Shown one piece after another: positions 24,480 to 34,735 of a stretch of 64,000 nt of DNA. The stretch is from Nitrospirota bacterium. GTDB lineage: Bacteria > Nitrospirota > Thermodesulfovibrionia > Thermodesulfovibrionales > Dissulfurispiraceae. Numbering within the stretch: the stretch's first letter is position 1; each line of letters opens with the position of its first letter. A program made the position numbers and the translations under genes. The stretch covers positions 889,665-953,664 of the forward strand of contig CAWAEO010000002.1 in assembly GCA_963780885.1 (NCBI GenBank). Reading direction: 5' to 3'. Under the pieces are notes generated by a model, which was not told the origin of the DNA, made no database searches, and was given only the letters and a program-made list of their open reading frames with translations.

Positions 24480-24627
24480 CTCTTACCTCCTTGCATACAC
24501 TATGATAGCATTATGTTAGCAAATTGGATTAGCTATTGCAACCTTGTTTCGCACGAATGTCAGATTTCTAACTGATCCACTACCGATCAATCGTCGAGGC
24601 TGTCGCAGAGGCGCCGTATCATTGCCT

Positions 24628-24838
24628 GTCTCAAAAACACCTGATTATGAGACTCGTAAATCAGACCAGAGAAACGGCTTAAAATAAGGCTTCCAGTAAG
24701 TCATCTTTGAGGGGGATTTTGAGACAGCCTTCAGAGATTGGAAATTAACGGTGTCAGAAAATCAACGCCGAAGTTAACTTTGTCCCGTACCTGCGACCAT
24801 AGCGGAGTGTCTAAATAAATTTGATGCACCTGAAAACC
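24628..24838 (+). repeat. Conserved ~210-bp noncoding element, copy A, upstream of the Gabija-like operon
   Basis: It aligns by eye with the reverse complement of 52228..52455. The shared string includes gtctcaaaa.ca.ctgatt.tgagac ... acggct.aaaataaggcttccag.aagtcat ... gggggattttgagacag ... tcagagat.ggaaat.aacggtgtcagaaaatcaa ... ttaactttgtcccg.acctgcgacca.agcggag. There is one 6-nt indel. Confidence 0.85.
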
Positions 24839-25082
24839 CGCAAAAAGCTTCCACTCCGAAAAAATCCAGATCATCAAAAGTACCTGACACAATCCATTCA
24901 TAGGTACTTCTTTTGTAACTGAACGTGGCAATCTGTTAAAATGGTGCGTGGTACAACCAAAACCAATGTTTAACAATATCCGAAGGACACTATGTAATTC
25001 TGATGCGCATAGGCCTCCATCTCTTTTTTTTATGATATTGGTTGCGGTCTTTTTCGCCGCTAAGGAATAAGGGATAAAAGAC

Positions 25083-27401
25083 GTGAAAATTAAGTTTGTA
25101 GAAATTCAGAATTTCCGAAAGCTGAAATCGGTCAGGATTGAATTTGCTGACGAAACAACAGTATTTGTGGGAGCAAACAACAGTGGAAAAACATCTGCCA
25201 TGGACGCGCTAGATCGTTTTTTGGTTAACAAACGTGTTGATACTAATGATTTTACCCTGTCGAATTGGAGGCAGATCAACAATATTGGAAATGCCTGGGA
25301 GAAGCAATCAACACAGCCCGGCACAAAAATACCCACTCTGGATGAACTGGATAAAGTTTTACCAATCATGGACCTCTGGTTACAAGTTAAGGAAACTGAA
25401 ATTTATCATGTCATTAACCTTCTGCCAACATTAGATTGGAAAGGCGACTTAATGGGTGTCAGACTGAGGTTTGAGCCGAAAAACATCGAGGATTTTTACA
25501 AAGAATATCTCATCGCCCGGAAAGAAGCTGCAGAGACTATTGCGGAGATAAAGAAGAAGACCGCTGAATTTTCTATTGAGCTGTGGCCAAAAACCATGCG
25601 CGAATTTCTCGATAGACGATTGAACAGCTTATTTGCTGTCAGGGCTTACATATTAGACCCAACTAAGTGCGCTGAACCAAAAAAAGGCATAGCTTATCCC
25701 CAACCTTTACCCGGAGGCAGTGAATATTTGGATGGCGACCCCCTGCGGGGGTTAATCCGTGTTGACGGGATTACTGCTCAACGAGGGCTTTCAGATGTTG
25801 GCGACGAAAGAAGCCAATCTGAGAGCGATGGACAGCAACATCGTGAACGCGTCGATCGACGTAAGCTATCAGTTCAACTACGCGACTACTACGCGAAACA
25901 CCTCGATCCCTCTGAGTTACCTGATCCTTCTGATGTGGAAGCGTTGCGAGCCATCGATTCAGCACAGACATCATTTGATGGAAAGCTGAAAGCGGCTTTT
26001 AAAAAGGCCTTGAATGAATTAGAGAGCTTGGGATATCCGGGTATAACTGATCCTAAACTGACTATTTCAACTAAATTCCAACCCTTGGATGGTCTCAATC
26101 ATTCATCGGCGGTCCAGTTCGAGGTGATTGATCAGTGTGGTGAAAAGCAAGAAATTCCTTTGCGTCTGCCTGAGCAATATAATGGTTTGGGTTATCAAAA
26201 TCTGATCTCCATGGTTTTCAAGCTGATGAGTTTTCGAGATGGGTGGATGCAGGTTGGCAAAGCAGCCAAAAAAGCATTAACGAAACCAGAAGCATACATT
26301 CCACCGCTGCACTTGGTTTTGGTCGAAGAGCCGGAGGCACACTTGCATGCGCAGGTGCAACAAGTTTTTATCCGCAAGGCTTATGATATCCTACGCAACC
26401 ACGATGATCTAGGAAAAAAAAGTAACTTTGGAACCCAACTAGTTGTCAGTACCCATTCGAGCCATATTGCACACGAAAGCGACTTTTCTTGCCTTCGCTA
26501 TTTCAGGCGGTTACCAGCGCAAAAAAACGTAATGGATATTCCGACGTCGACAGTTGTTAATTTATCTGAAGTCTTCGGAAAGGGAAACGAAACTCAGCGC
26601 TTTGTAACCCGCTATTTGAAGACAACACACTGTGATCTATTTTTCGCCGATGCAGCAGTTTTGGTAGAAGGCCCTGCAGAACGAATATTAATTCCATATT
26701 TTATACGTCAACACTTTGAGGAGCTTAACCAGAGTTACGTGACGGTTTTAGAGATTGGCGGCAGTCATGCTCACAGGCTACGCTCCCTTATTGATCATTT
26801 AGGACTTATAACACTGGTTATTTCAGACCTGGATGCAGCGGAGTCAGCAAGTGACAAGTCTGTGCAGCCTGTCCGAGGCAAGAATCAAATCACACGAAAT
26901 AGTACTTTGAAAACATGGTGTCCTCAAAAAGAACTTATAGATGAACTACTAGACTTATCTTTCGAAGAAAAGGTCACAATAGACGACCCGTTGTTTTCGG
27001 TTCGCGTCGCTTATCAGCGTCCAGTTAATATCATGCTTAACCCTGAGAGTGTTGCTGAGGAAGCACTTTCCAATACCTTTGAAGACGCTCTTGTTTTTGA
27101 TAATATATCAATTTTTAGAGATTTAAAAGGGTCTGGCCTCATAAAGAAATTTAAGGATGCAATAAAGAATGCCAAGTCTTGCGCTGATTTGGGGCAGGCG
27201 ATGTTTGCTGATTTAAAGACAGGTAAAAAGGCCGAATTTGCGCTGGACATGCTTGATTTGCCAGAGCCTAATAAACTCAAAATTCCTACATACATTAACG
27301 AGGGTTTGTCATGGTTGCAGGAACAAGTGAGAATAAGACAGAAAGAAGTTATGGTACCGAGCGAAACTTGCGCTTTGGGGAGCAGCGGAACTCCTAGCTG
27401 A
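25083..27401 (+). CDS. gajA: Class 2 OLD-family ATPase/Toprim nuclease (GajA-like)
   Basis: 772 aa. Contains MKIKFVEIQNFRKLKSVRIEF...VGANNSGKTS (Walker A) and LVLVEEPEAHLH (Walker B). The Toprim region is LFFADAAVLVEGPAERILIPYF...VISDLDA. It is followed directly by a UvrD-like helicase. Confidence 0.85.
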   Translation: MKIKFVEIQNFRKLKSVRIEFADETTVFVGANNSGKTSAMDALDRFLVNKRVDTNDFTLSNWRQINNIGNAWEKQSTQPGTKIPTLDELDKVLPIMDLWLQVKETEIYHVINLLPTLDWKGDLMGVRLRFEPKNIEDFYKEYLIARKEAAETIAEIKKKTAEFSIELWPKTMREFLDRRLNSLFAVRAYILDPTKCAEPKKGIAYPQPLPGGSEYLDGDPLRGLIRVDGITAQRGLSDVGDERSQSESDGQQHRERVDRRKLSVQLRDYYAKHLDPSELPDPSDVEALRAIDSAQTSFDGKLKAAFKKALNELESLGYPGITDPKLTISTKFQPLDGLNHSSAVQFEVIDQCGEKQEIPLRLPEQYNGLGYQNLISMVFKLMSFRDGWMQVGKAAKKALTKPEAYIPPLHLVLVEEPEAHLHAQVQQVFIRKAYDILRNHDDLGKKSNFGTQLVVSTHSSHIAHESDFSCLRYFRRLPAQKNVMDIPTSTVVNLSEVFGKGNETQRFVTRYLKTTHCDLFFADAAVLVEGPAERILIPYFIRQHFEELNQSYVTVLEIGGSHAHRLRSLIDHLGLITLVISDLDAAESASDKSVQPVRGKNQITRNSTLKTWCPQKELIDELLDLSFEEKVTIDDPLFSVRVAYQRPVNIMLNPESVAEEALSNTFEDALVFDNISIFRDLKGSGLIKKFKDAIKNAKSCADLGQAMFADLKTGKKAEFALDMLDLPEPNKLKIPTYINEGLSWLQEQVRIRQKEVMVPSETCALGSSGTPS

Positions 27402-29314
27402 TGGAAAACTTTACCATCGTTGATGACAATCATTTTGATGATCATGTAGACGACGAAATCAACGATTACCTTTCTCTAGATAAACCAATCAGTTTTTTCT
27501 TATTTGCCGGAGCAGGTTCAGGGAAGACCATGTCACTTGTAAATGCGCTAAATCATCTGCGAAGGGTAAGCGCAAAAAGACTGCGCTTGCACGATCAAAG
27601 GGTGGGCGTAATCACCTATACCAATGCCGCCTGCGATGAGATTAAACGGCGGCTTGACTTTGATCCCTTGATCGAAGTTTCAACAATTCACAGTTTTATC
27701 TGGTCATTGATCGCGGGTCTAAATCCTAATATCAAAGAGTGGTTGAGGGCTAATCTGGAAAGCGAAATTGCCGATTTGATGGAAAAACAGAGGAAAGGAA
27801 AAGCCGGAACAAAGGCAGCGCTGGATCGCGAAAAAAGCATCGAGATAAAACAGAAGCGCCTTTCCGGTTTGGATGACATCAAGTGTTTCACATATAACCC
27901 CAACGGGGACAATCGAGGTCGGGACTCATTAAACCACAGTGAAGTTATCAAAATAGGAGCTTATTTCCTCAGGGAAAAACGACTCATGCAAAGCATATTT
28001 GTGAACAAGTACCCTATACTGCTGATTGATGAAAGTCAGGATACAAATAAACTCCTTATGGAAGCCTTCTTGGAAATCCAGCTGAAGCATAATAGCCGCT
28101 TTACACTTGGTTTGTTTGGCGATGTCATGCAGCGCATTTATGGGGACGGAAAGATTGATCTCGGCCAAAACCTACCCAGCGACTGGGCAAAACCAGCCAA
28201 GAAAATGAACCACCGCTGCCCACGGCGGATAATCAAGCTGATTAATAAGATTCGCTCCGCAGTAGACAACCATGATCAAAAGGCAAGAACTGACAGGGAC
28301 GAGGGTTTTGTTCGCTTATTTATTTTACCTGGTCTTACAACAGACAAATCTAACATCGAGCGTAAGGTCGCTGAACGGATGGCGATTATCACTGGTGATT
28401 CACTCTGGAGCGGCACCAATGCAGACATTAAAACTTTGACCATCGAACATCATATGGCTGCTCGGCGAATGGGTTTCTCAGAGATGTTCGAGCCACTGTA
28501 CAAAGAGGATAGCCTTAAAACTGGATTATTGGATGGCACGCTTCCCGGTCTGCGTTTGTTCTCACAATTCGCCTTGCCAGTAGTAAAAGCAAAACAGAAC
28601 GGCGATGATTTTACTGCAACAGCTATTTTGCGCAAAAATTCCCCGTTGCTTACCAAGTCGGCCATTAAAATCAGAGGGAAAGATCAACGTCTGCAGATCA
28701 AAAAAGCTCAGGAGGCTGTCACTAAACTGTTAGCCCTTTGGAACAAAGGGGGCCAGCCACGCTTTCTGGACGTTTTGCATTGTATCGCTGAAACGGATTT
28801 ATTTGAAATTCCCGAAAGTCTGCGACCAATTACATACAGAACCAAAATCGAGCAAGAAACCGTCGAAAAGAGCAGTGAAGAGCCTTTGTCAGAAGAGGAT
28901 TATCCAGATTTTGTTTTGGATGCCTGGGACAAGTTTTTGTTGACACCTTTCTCCCAAATTGCGCAATACGCTGCTTACGTGAGTGGACAGGCCCAATTTG
29001 AAACTCACCAGGGCGTTAAAGGTCTTGAATTCCCCCGTGTGATGATAATAATCGACGATAACGAGGCGCGAGGCTTTTTATTTAGCTATGACAAGTTATT
29101 TGGAGCTAAGGATAGAACAGCGACTGATGCAAAAAACGAAAGCGAGGGAAGCGATACAAGCATTGATCGCACTAGGCGACTGTTTTATGTGACTTGCAGC
29201 CGAACGGAAAAGAGCCTGGCAATCGTTGTCTATTCCACTACTCCTGAGAAAGTTCTCAACCATGTCTTGTCTGAGGGCTGGTTTGAAAATAACGAAGTCG
29301 AAACCTTAACTTAA
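27401..29314 (+). CDS. gajB: UvrD/PcrA/Rep-like superfamily 1 helicase (GajB-like)
   Basis: 637 aa. Contains FLFAGAGSGKTMS (Walker A), LLIDESQDT (motif II), HQGVKGLEFPRVMIII and YVTCSRTEKSLAIV. The start overlaps the gajA stop (TGATG). Confidence 0.85.
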   Translation: MENFTIVDDNHFDDHVDDEINDYLSLDKPISFFLFAGAGSGKTMSLVNALNHLRRVSAKRLRLHDQRVGVITYTNAACDEIKRRLDFDPLIEVSTIHSFIWSLIAGLNPNIKEWLRANLESEIADLMEKQRKGKAGTKAALDREKSIEIKQKRLSGLDDIKCFTYNPNGDNRGRDSLNHSEVIKIGAYFLREKRLMQSIFVNKYPILLIDESQDTNKLLMEAFLEIQLKHNSRFTLGLFGDVMQRIYGDGKIDLGQNLPSDWAKPAKKMNHRCPRRIIKLINKIRSAVDNHDQKARTDRDEGFVRLFILPGLTTDKSNIERKVAERMAIITGDSLWSGTNADIKTLTIEHHMAARRMGFSEMFEPLYKEDSLKTGLLDGTLPGLRLFSQFALPVVKAKQNGDDFTATAILRKNSPLLTKSAIKIRGKDQRLQIKKAQEAVTKLLALWNKGGQPRFLDVLHCIAETDLFEIPESLRPITYRTKIEQETVEKSSEEPLSEEDYPDFVLDAWDKFLLTPFSQIAQYAAYVSGQAQFETHQGVKGLEFPRVMIIIDDNEARGFLFSYDKLFGAKDRTATDAKNESEGSDTSIDRTRRLFYVTCSRTEKSLAIVVYSTTPEKVLNHVLSEGWFENNEVETLT

Positions 29315-29874
29315 TAATGAATGCTAAAGAGATTCTCAATCGGTCATTTCTATTTCCTGAAATAGACATGTTCATGAATTGGTCAAATAGAGCAAATTTC
29401 ACTGTAAGAAAGTTGGCGGATTGATGAGTTATGAATAAGGGGGGGGAAACACCCTGTCGTCAGGTGAAAGTTGTATCGCGGTAATATACTCAGCCACTGG
29501 AGACAATGACTTCTACTCTTTGTATCCCTATGTTGTTAAAGTGCCTTTGTCATTAATCCAATATTCCTTGCCCATATTCATATATCCAGGGGGTATCGGA
29601 TTTTTGGTGACACGGCGTTATAAATGGTAATAAAATCATGCCCAAGACCGATGCCCCCCGCTCAATGCGTATTCCGGACCATGCCGACCAGTCATTCCGG
29701 AGCAAGCCGACCACCTATTCCGGAGTATCCCGACCACTGAATCCGGTGTGAAGTCGACCACTTTTGGGCGATAACCGGAAAAAGCTGTTGGAAATGCTGT
29801 AGAGAGTATTTGCCGAAGCTGGATAATCAGAAAACAAAGATGTCATTGTTTTCCCTTACACCAAAGGAGGAACA

Positions 29875-31416
29875 ATGGCATCAGAGAGGTTATCCATGCG
29901 GAAGGTTAAATAAGTATTACGGCTTCATTTTGGTTTGGAGCTGGGCAAAAGACAAATTGCCAGATCGTGCAGTATATCGCACAGCACGGTTTTGGATTAT
30001 ATCAACCGTGCCAAAAAAGCTGGGCTGAGTTGGCCTCTTCCCAGTGCAGTTGATGATACGGCACTTGAGGCACGTTTATTTCCTTCAGACATCTGCCATA
30101 ACAATACATCAAGCCGTCCCGTTCCAGACTATCAAGCCATGCACAGCGATCTCAGTAAAAAAGGAGTGACGCTGCAGCTTCTGTGGTACGAGTATAAGCA
30201 GCAGTATCCTGAGGGCTATCAGCATACCCAATTCAGTGAGTTGTATAGACGCTGGGCAAAGACTCTTGACGTTAGCTTACGTCAGGAGCATGTGGCCGGG
30301 GAAAAAATGTTTGTGGACTTTGCTGGTAAAAACATACCCATAATCGATGCCCATACAGGGGAGATAAGCGAAGCGGAAATCTTTGTAGCTGTACTGGGGG
30401 CATCTAATTACACCTATGCAGCAGCAGTCTTGTCTCAGGACCTGCCGTCCTGGATAGAGTGCCATATCAGGACATTTGAGTACTATGGCGGTGTTACCGA
30501 GATCATCGTTCCCGATAATCTTAAGTCAGGGGTAACGAAAGCATGCCGGTATGAACCGGATCTGAATCCGACGTATCGGGATCTCTGCCAGCATTACGGC
30601 ACAGTTGTGATTCCAGCACGAGCTGGAAAACCAAAAGACAAGGCAAAAGTGGAAGCCGCAGTGCTCCTGGTGACCCGCTGGATTATAGCAGCGCTGAGAC
30701 ATCATACCTTCTTCAGCCTTACGGAACTGAATGTCGCCATAGAGGAACTGCTTGAAAGACTCAACACCCGCAAATTCCATAAGCTGGACTGTAGCCGGAA
30801 AGACCTCTTTGAACGGCTCGACAAACCAGCCCTGAAACCTCTCGTGGTTGAGAGGTACGAGTACGCCGAGTGGAAGAAATCTACAGTGAACATCGACTAC
30901 CACATAGAGATAGCGGGGCAATATTACAGCGTTCCCTATCAGCTTATCAGGCGGCAAGTTGAAGCACGCTTCACCAGCAGCGTTGTGGAGATACTGTACA
31001 AAGGCAAGCGTGTTGCTCTTCATCAAAGGAGTTATCAGAAGGGAAAGTTCACAACATGCGATGAGCACAGACCCAAAGCTCACCAAAAATATCTTGAGTG
31101 GACCCCGTCACGGATAATCGCCTGGTCGGCTCAAGCCGGGCCGCAGACGGCGGAACTCGTCGAAAGAATAACCGCCTCACGACATCATCCGGAACAGGCC
31201 TTCCGTTCCTGTCTGGGGGTAATAAGTCTGGGCAAGAAGTACGGCAATGACCGGCTTGAGGCAGCATGCGCACGGGCTCTGACCATAAAGTCCTATTCCT
31301 ACAAGAGCGTCAAGTCCATACTTGAGAGCGGCTTTGACCGGCTCTCTTTACCCAAACAGGAGGTGATGCCTATAGTTGAGCACGACAATATCAGAGGCGG
31401 CAGCTACTATAACTAA
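29875..31416 (+). pseudogene. istA: IS21 transposase IstA with an in-frame TAA at codon 13
   Basis: The RBS aaggagg precedes ATG 29875, giving MASERLSMRKVK, then TAA (29911-29913). VLRLHFGLELGKRQIARSCSISHSTVLDYINRAKKAGL continues in the same frame. The rest (493 aa) looks intact, including the DDE region. Confidence 0.8.
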
Positions 31417-31433
31417 AACAGTAAGGAGAAAGA

Positions 31434-32186
31434 ATGAACAATCAGACAATGGAGAAACTCTACCAGATGCGCCTGGGCACCATGGCCGAGGCGTTCAAAG
31501 AACAACTAAATGCCCCCTCACAGAGCAGCTTGAGCTTTGAGGAACGTTTCGGGATGATCATTGATGGTGAGTGGACAGCCAGGGAAAACAGAAAACTGCA
31601 AAGCCGCCTGAAAGCGGCACGGCTCAAACTCAATGCCAGTATCGAGGACATCGATTACCGCCATCCCCGGGGGCTGGATAAATCCGTTGTGTTGTCGCTG
31701 GCATCGTGCCAATGGGTAAAGGGCCACCACAACATCATAATCACAGGTCCCACCGGCATCGGCAAGACCTACATAGCCGAGGCATTTGCAAATAAGGCTT
31801 GCCGGGAAGGCTACAGTGCAACACGCTACAGAAGCACCCGGCTTCTTCGTGAGCTGGCGGTGGCACGAGGCGATGGCAGCTATATTAAGCTCCTCGCCCG
31901 ACTGTCAAAAGTAGACCTGATGATCATCGATGATTGGGGATTAACGCCACTGACTGAGGATGAGCGAAAAGACTTCCTGGAGGTAATGGAGGATCGGCAC
32001 GGGCTGAGGTCTACCATCATCACCAGCCAGTATCCGGTATCAAAATGGCATGATCTCATAGGGGAGCCGACCCTTGCCGATGCCATCTTAGATCGCATCG
32101 TGCATAATGCTCATAAGTTTACTTTGAAAGGAGAATCCTTGAGAAAGACAAAGGCAAAGTTGACTCATCCCGACCACCAAAAGTAA
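31434..32186 (+). CDS. istB: IS21 helper ATPase IstB
   Basis: 250 aa. Contains ITGPTGIGKTYIAEA (Walker A) and DLMIIDDWG (Walker B). Confidence 0.93.
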   Translation: MNNQTMEKLYQMRLGTMAEAFKEQLNAPSQSSLSFEERFGMIIDGEWTARENRKLQSRLKAARLKLNASIEDIDYRHPRGLDKSVVLSLASCQWVKGHHNIIITGPTGIGKTYIAEAFANKACREGYSATRYRSTRLLRELAVARGDGSYIKLLARLSKVDLMIIDDWGLTPLTEDERKDFLEVMEDRHGLRSTIITSQYPVSKWHDLIGEPTLADAILDRIVHNAHKFTLKGESLRKTKAKLTHPDHQK

Positions 32187-32321
32187 GATAAGAGCGTCCA
32201 GCTTCGCTATACTCCTCAAGTGGTCGCGATGCTCCGGAACAGATGGTCGCCATCACCGGAATACGCACTCAATGCGTCAACAACTGAAAACAGAAGTGCA
32301 CTTATGAAAAAGGTGACAAAG

Positions 32322-32390
32322 GGGATAGGCTACTTGTTTGGAGATAACTGAGGTAGAAGAGAAAAAGTAGCCTGTCCCTCTTTTCTTCTT
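32322..32390 (+). terminator. Long-stem intrinsic terminator candidate, probably the original Gabija-operon terminator displaced by IS21
   Basis: gggataggctactt (32322-32335) pairs with aagtagcctgtccc (32365-32378), followed by tcttttcttctt. Confidence 0.5.
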
Positions 32391-32748
32391 CACACGAGTT
32401 CCAACATTATTCTCCAGTCTCCAGGTTTATTCCTCACCTTTTTCAGTGACTGCTTTTAGAAGTCGACGGGCAATTTTGTACATACTACTTTCGGGCTATA
32501 TCCAAGCAAATACAGGATATGTTATAACACAGTGTTTATAGAGTTCGTCTATCATGAGGGTGATACGTACGAGATGAGCGGTATTACATTAGTTAAAACA
32601 TTGAGATAACGCCGTGAGCAAGAAAAGGCCCTATAGTTCTTATTGTAAACGGATTCCTTATGTTGGCCGTTGGCCAAAGCGCGCTTGTTCTCGGCCTCCT
32701 TTTTCTAGCGGGCGCTATCACACATAACGAGTAAAAAGACATACCACG

Positions 32749-33675
32749 ATGGAAAAAGAAAACTTTATCAAATGTCCCAAATGTGGAGCAGATGTTAGCG
32801 TACCCCCCCCCAAAGACCGCCCAATAGACGAAAATAGTCAGCCCGGAAAAGAAATAAACGTGGAAAATTATTCCGGTTTTTGCGAAGGCGATATTGAGCC
32901 ATCTCTGAGAAAAAAAATCCGGGAGCTATCGACGAGCGAGGATAACTTCATTGTATTCTTGGACGAAAATCTAACTATTCAATACTCGGTTAATGACGCG
33001 TATGGAGATATCAATAAAGAATTTGGTGAAGATTTCGGTTCAATTATGAATCAAGTAGTCCATTTAGAGGCTTTGTCTCAGGGCCACTTAGAGGAAAAAG
33101 AGCTGTTGACTTTCAAAAGAATACTAATAGAAAGCGTATCGCGCTTACTTGAGGAAAGGTCTGCAAAAAACGCCGCTTCAAATTTAAAGAAAGCCGAAGA
33201 ATATTTAATAAAAAGAACACGCGAGAAGGCTAGACTATGGTTTTTGTCGTCGTCGATTATTACAACCTCTTTCATAATATTTGTATTTTCTATTCTGTGG
33301 ACGTTCAGGGACGTATTGCTTTCTTATATCGGTTCAATCGGCTTTCAAACAATAATAGCGTCGCTGGTAGGATCAATTGGGGCGTTGATATCGGTTTTAA
33401 ACCGTTCTGATACCATTACCACGGATTTTTTTGCGGGCAGACCGATTCATTTTTTTGAGGGCGCTGTTAGGATTATCTTCGGAATTATGGGAGCGTTTAT
33501 CGTGGCTCTTGGGATAGAGTCGAACTTCGTCCTCGGAATAGCGAATCGTACAGATTATTCATTAGTTTTTCTTCTCTTTATTTGTGCGGCTGCCGGAGCA
33601 TCAGAAAGAATCGTACCTAATCTTATTAAACAAGTTGAGGACAGTTTTTTTAAGGCGACGAATAAGGATAACTAG
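32749..33675 (+). CDS. Zinc-ribbon protein with a four-helix C-terminal membrane domain
   Basis: 308 aa. Contains an N-terminal CPKCGADVSV. Four hydrophobic helices are LWFLSSSIITTSFIIFVFSILW, FQTIIASLVGSIGALISVL, AVRIIFGIMGAFIVALGI and LVFLLFICAAAGA. Confidence 0.6.
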   Translation: MEKENFIKCPKCGADVSVPPPKDRPIDENSQPGKEINVENYSGFCEGDIEPSLRKKIRELSTSEDNFIVFLDENLTIQYSVNDAYGDINKEFGEDFGSIMNQVVHLEALSQGHLEEKELLTFKRILIESVSRLLEERSAKNAASNLKKAEEYLIKRTREKARLWFLSSSIITTSFIIFVFSILWTFRDVLLSYIGSIGFQTIIASLVGSIGALISVLNRSDTITTDFFAGRPIHFFEGAVRIIFGIMGAFIVALGIESNFVLGIANRTDYSLVFLLFICAAAGASERIVPNLIKQVEDSFFKATNKDN

Positions 33676-33777
33676 ACTATATTTGAGGTCTGAAATCATG
33701 ACGGATGCGTCAGTTTTTTAGTCTTTTCAAGAGACGGAAGTAATTTTTTAAACAAAAGAGCACGGAGGTGACCGAGC

Positions 33778-34713
33778 ATGGCTGGAGCCTATACTCACTG
33801 GATGGTCGTAGAAAATGCAATAACAAATTTGCCGGACGGAGACGATGCTACCGTCTTAGGTGAAAAAACAAATTTTGTCCGAATAGGCGCCGTGGGCCCG
33901 GACTATCCTTATCTGAGCGAGCTCGAGGGCAAGTGGTTTAAGATACATAGCTGGGCTGACAGGATGCATTATGAAAAATCACTGGAGTTTGTGCAAAACG
34001 GGTTGTCGGGACTTCTGACAATGGATCCCGCAAGCGAGAAGTTCAAGATTTGTCTGTCATGGCTTTGTGGGTATGTATCTCACCTTTTAACCGATGCGAT
34101 CATTCATCCTGTCGTCAACGCAAATGTAGGGGGCACCTACATTTTCACCGCGCACGACCATATAATATGCGAGATGACTCAGGATGCTAAGATTTTCTTC
34201 GCGACAAAAAGCATCGATCTCTCAAACGCTGCATATATGAAGATTCTTTCGGATTGTTCGGACCCCACGGATGGTAACCGTATTAATGAGGCAATAAGAG
34301 ACTTTTGGCCTGACATCTTGAAAAAGACACATCTCGGGGCCGAGAAATATTTCGATAAGATAGACCCAGATAAATGGCACAAGTCATACCTGTCAAAGTT
34401 AGCCATGGCGTCAGACCCGATCCCTCTTTTCAGGCATGTCTGTGAAGAGGAAAGTCTTGCCTACAGAACAAATGATGAATTGAATGGAACCGAAGAGGAG
34501 AAGAAATATTTTTCTGAGATTAAACTGCCCCAGAGAAAAGCTACGGGGAACTTCAAGGATGATGCGTTTAATAAGGCCATCGATAAAGTGGTTGAAGTCT
34601 GGCAAGAAATATTCGCCGACTTAAAGGACAAAGACATTTCACATTGCTCAAACTATTTGAGGAACTGGAACCTGGATACGGGCTTGGACGAAGATGCAAT
34701 TTATTTCTGGTGA
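33778..34713 (+). CDS. Zinc-dependent phospholipase C-like protein (no signal peptide)
   Basis: 311 aa. Contains an N-terminal AYTHWMV, GAVGPDYPY, WADRMHYEKS and YVSHLLTDAIIHPVVN. This His/Asp spacing is as in the Zn_dep_PLPC fold. Confidence 0.6.
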   Translation: MAGAYTHWMVVENAITNLPDGDDATVLGEKTNFVRIGAVGPDYPYLSELEGKWFKIHSWADRMHYEKSLEFVQNGLSGLLTMDPASEKFKICLSWLCGYVSHLLTDAIIHPVVNANVGGTYIFTAHDHIICEMTQDAKIFFATKSIDLSNAAYMKILSDCSDPTDGNRINEAIRDFWPDILKKTHLGAEKYFDKIDPDKWHKSYLSKLAMASDPIPLFRHVCEEESLAYRTNDELNGTEEEKKYFSEIKLPQRKATGNFKDDAFNKAIDKVVEVWQEIFADLKDKDISHCSNYLRNWNLDTGLDEDAIYFW

Positions 34714-34735
34714 CAGACATTCCACGGGAGGATAA

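Larger units (their letters stand above)
29666..32267 (+). mobile_element. IS21-family insertion sequence (2602 bp) with a 5-bp CTCAA target duplication
   Basis: The ends are TGCGTATTCCGG... and ...CCGGAATACGCA. Both ends carry multiple internal attccgg/ccgaccac repeats. ctcaa at 29661-29665 recurs at 32268-32272. Confidence 0.9.

Noticed and set aside
24731-24976. An 81-aa ORF on the minus strand of repeat copy A, and a 78-aa ORF at 52297..52533 in copy B
   Set aside because: The two ORFs lie on opposite strands of the shared element. The frame open in copy B has two stops in copy A. Substitutions are not biased to third positions.
29911-29913. In-frame TAA codons (istA at 29911 and the zinc-finger ORF at 57264) as evidence of stop-codon reassignment
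   Set aside because: TAA is used as the ordinary terminator by many well-supported genes in the window. Both cases lie in mobile or accessory genes where pseudogenisation is the simpler explanation.
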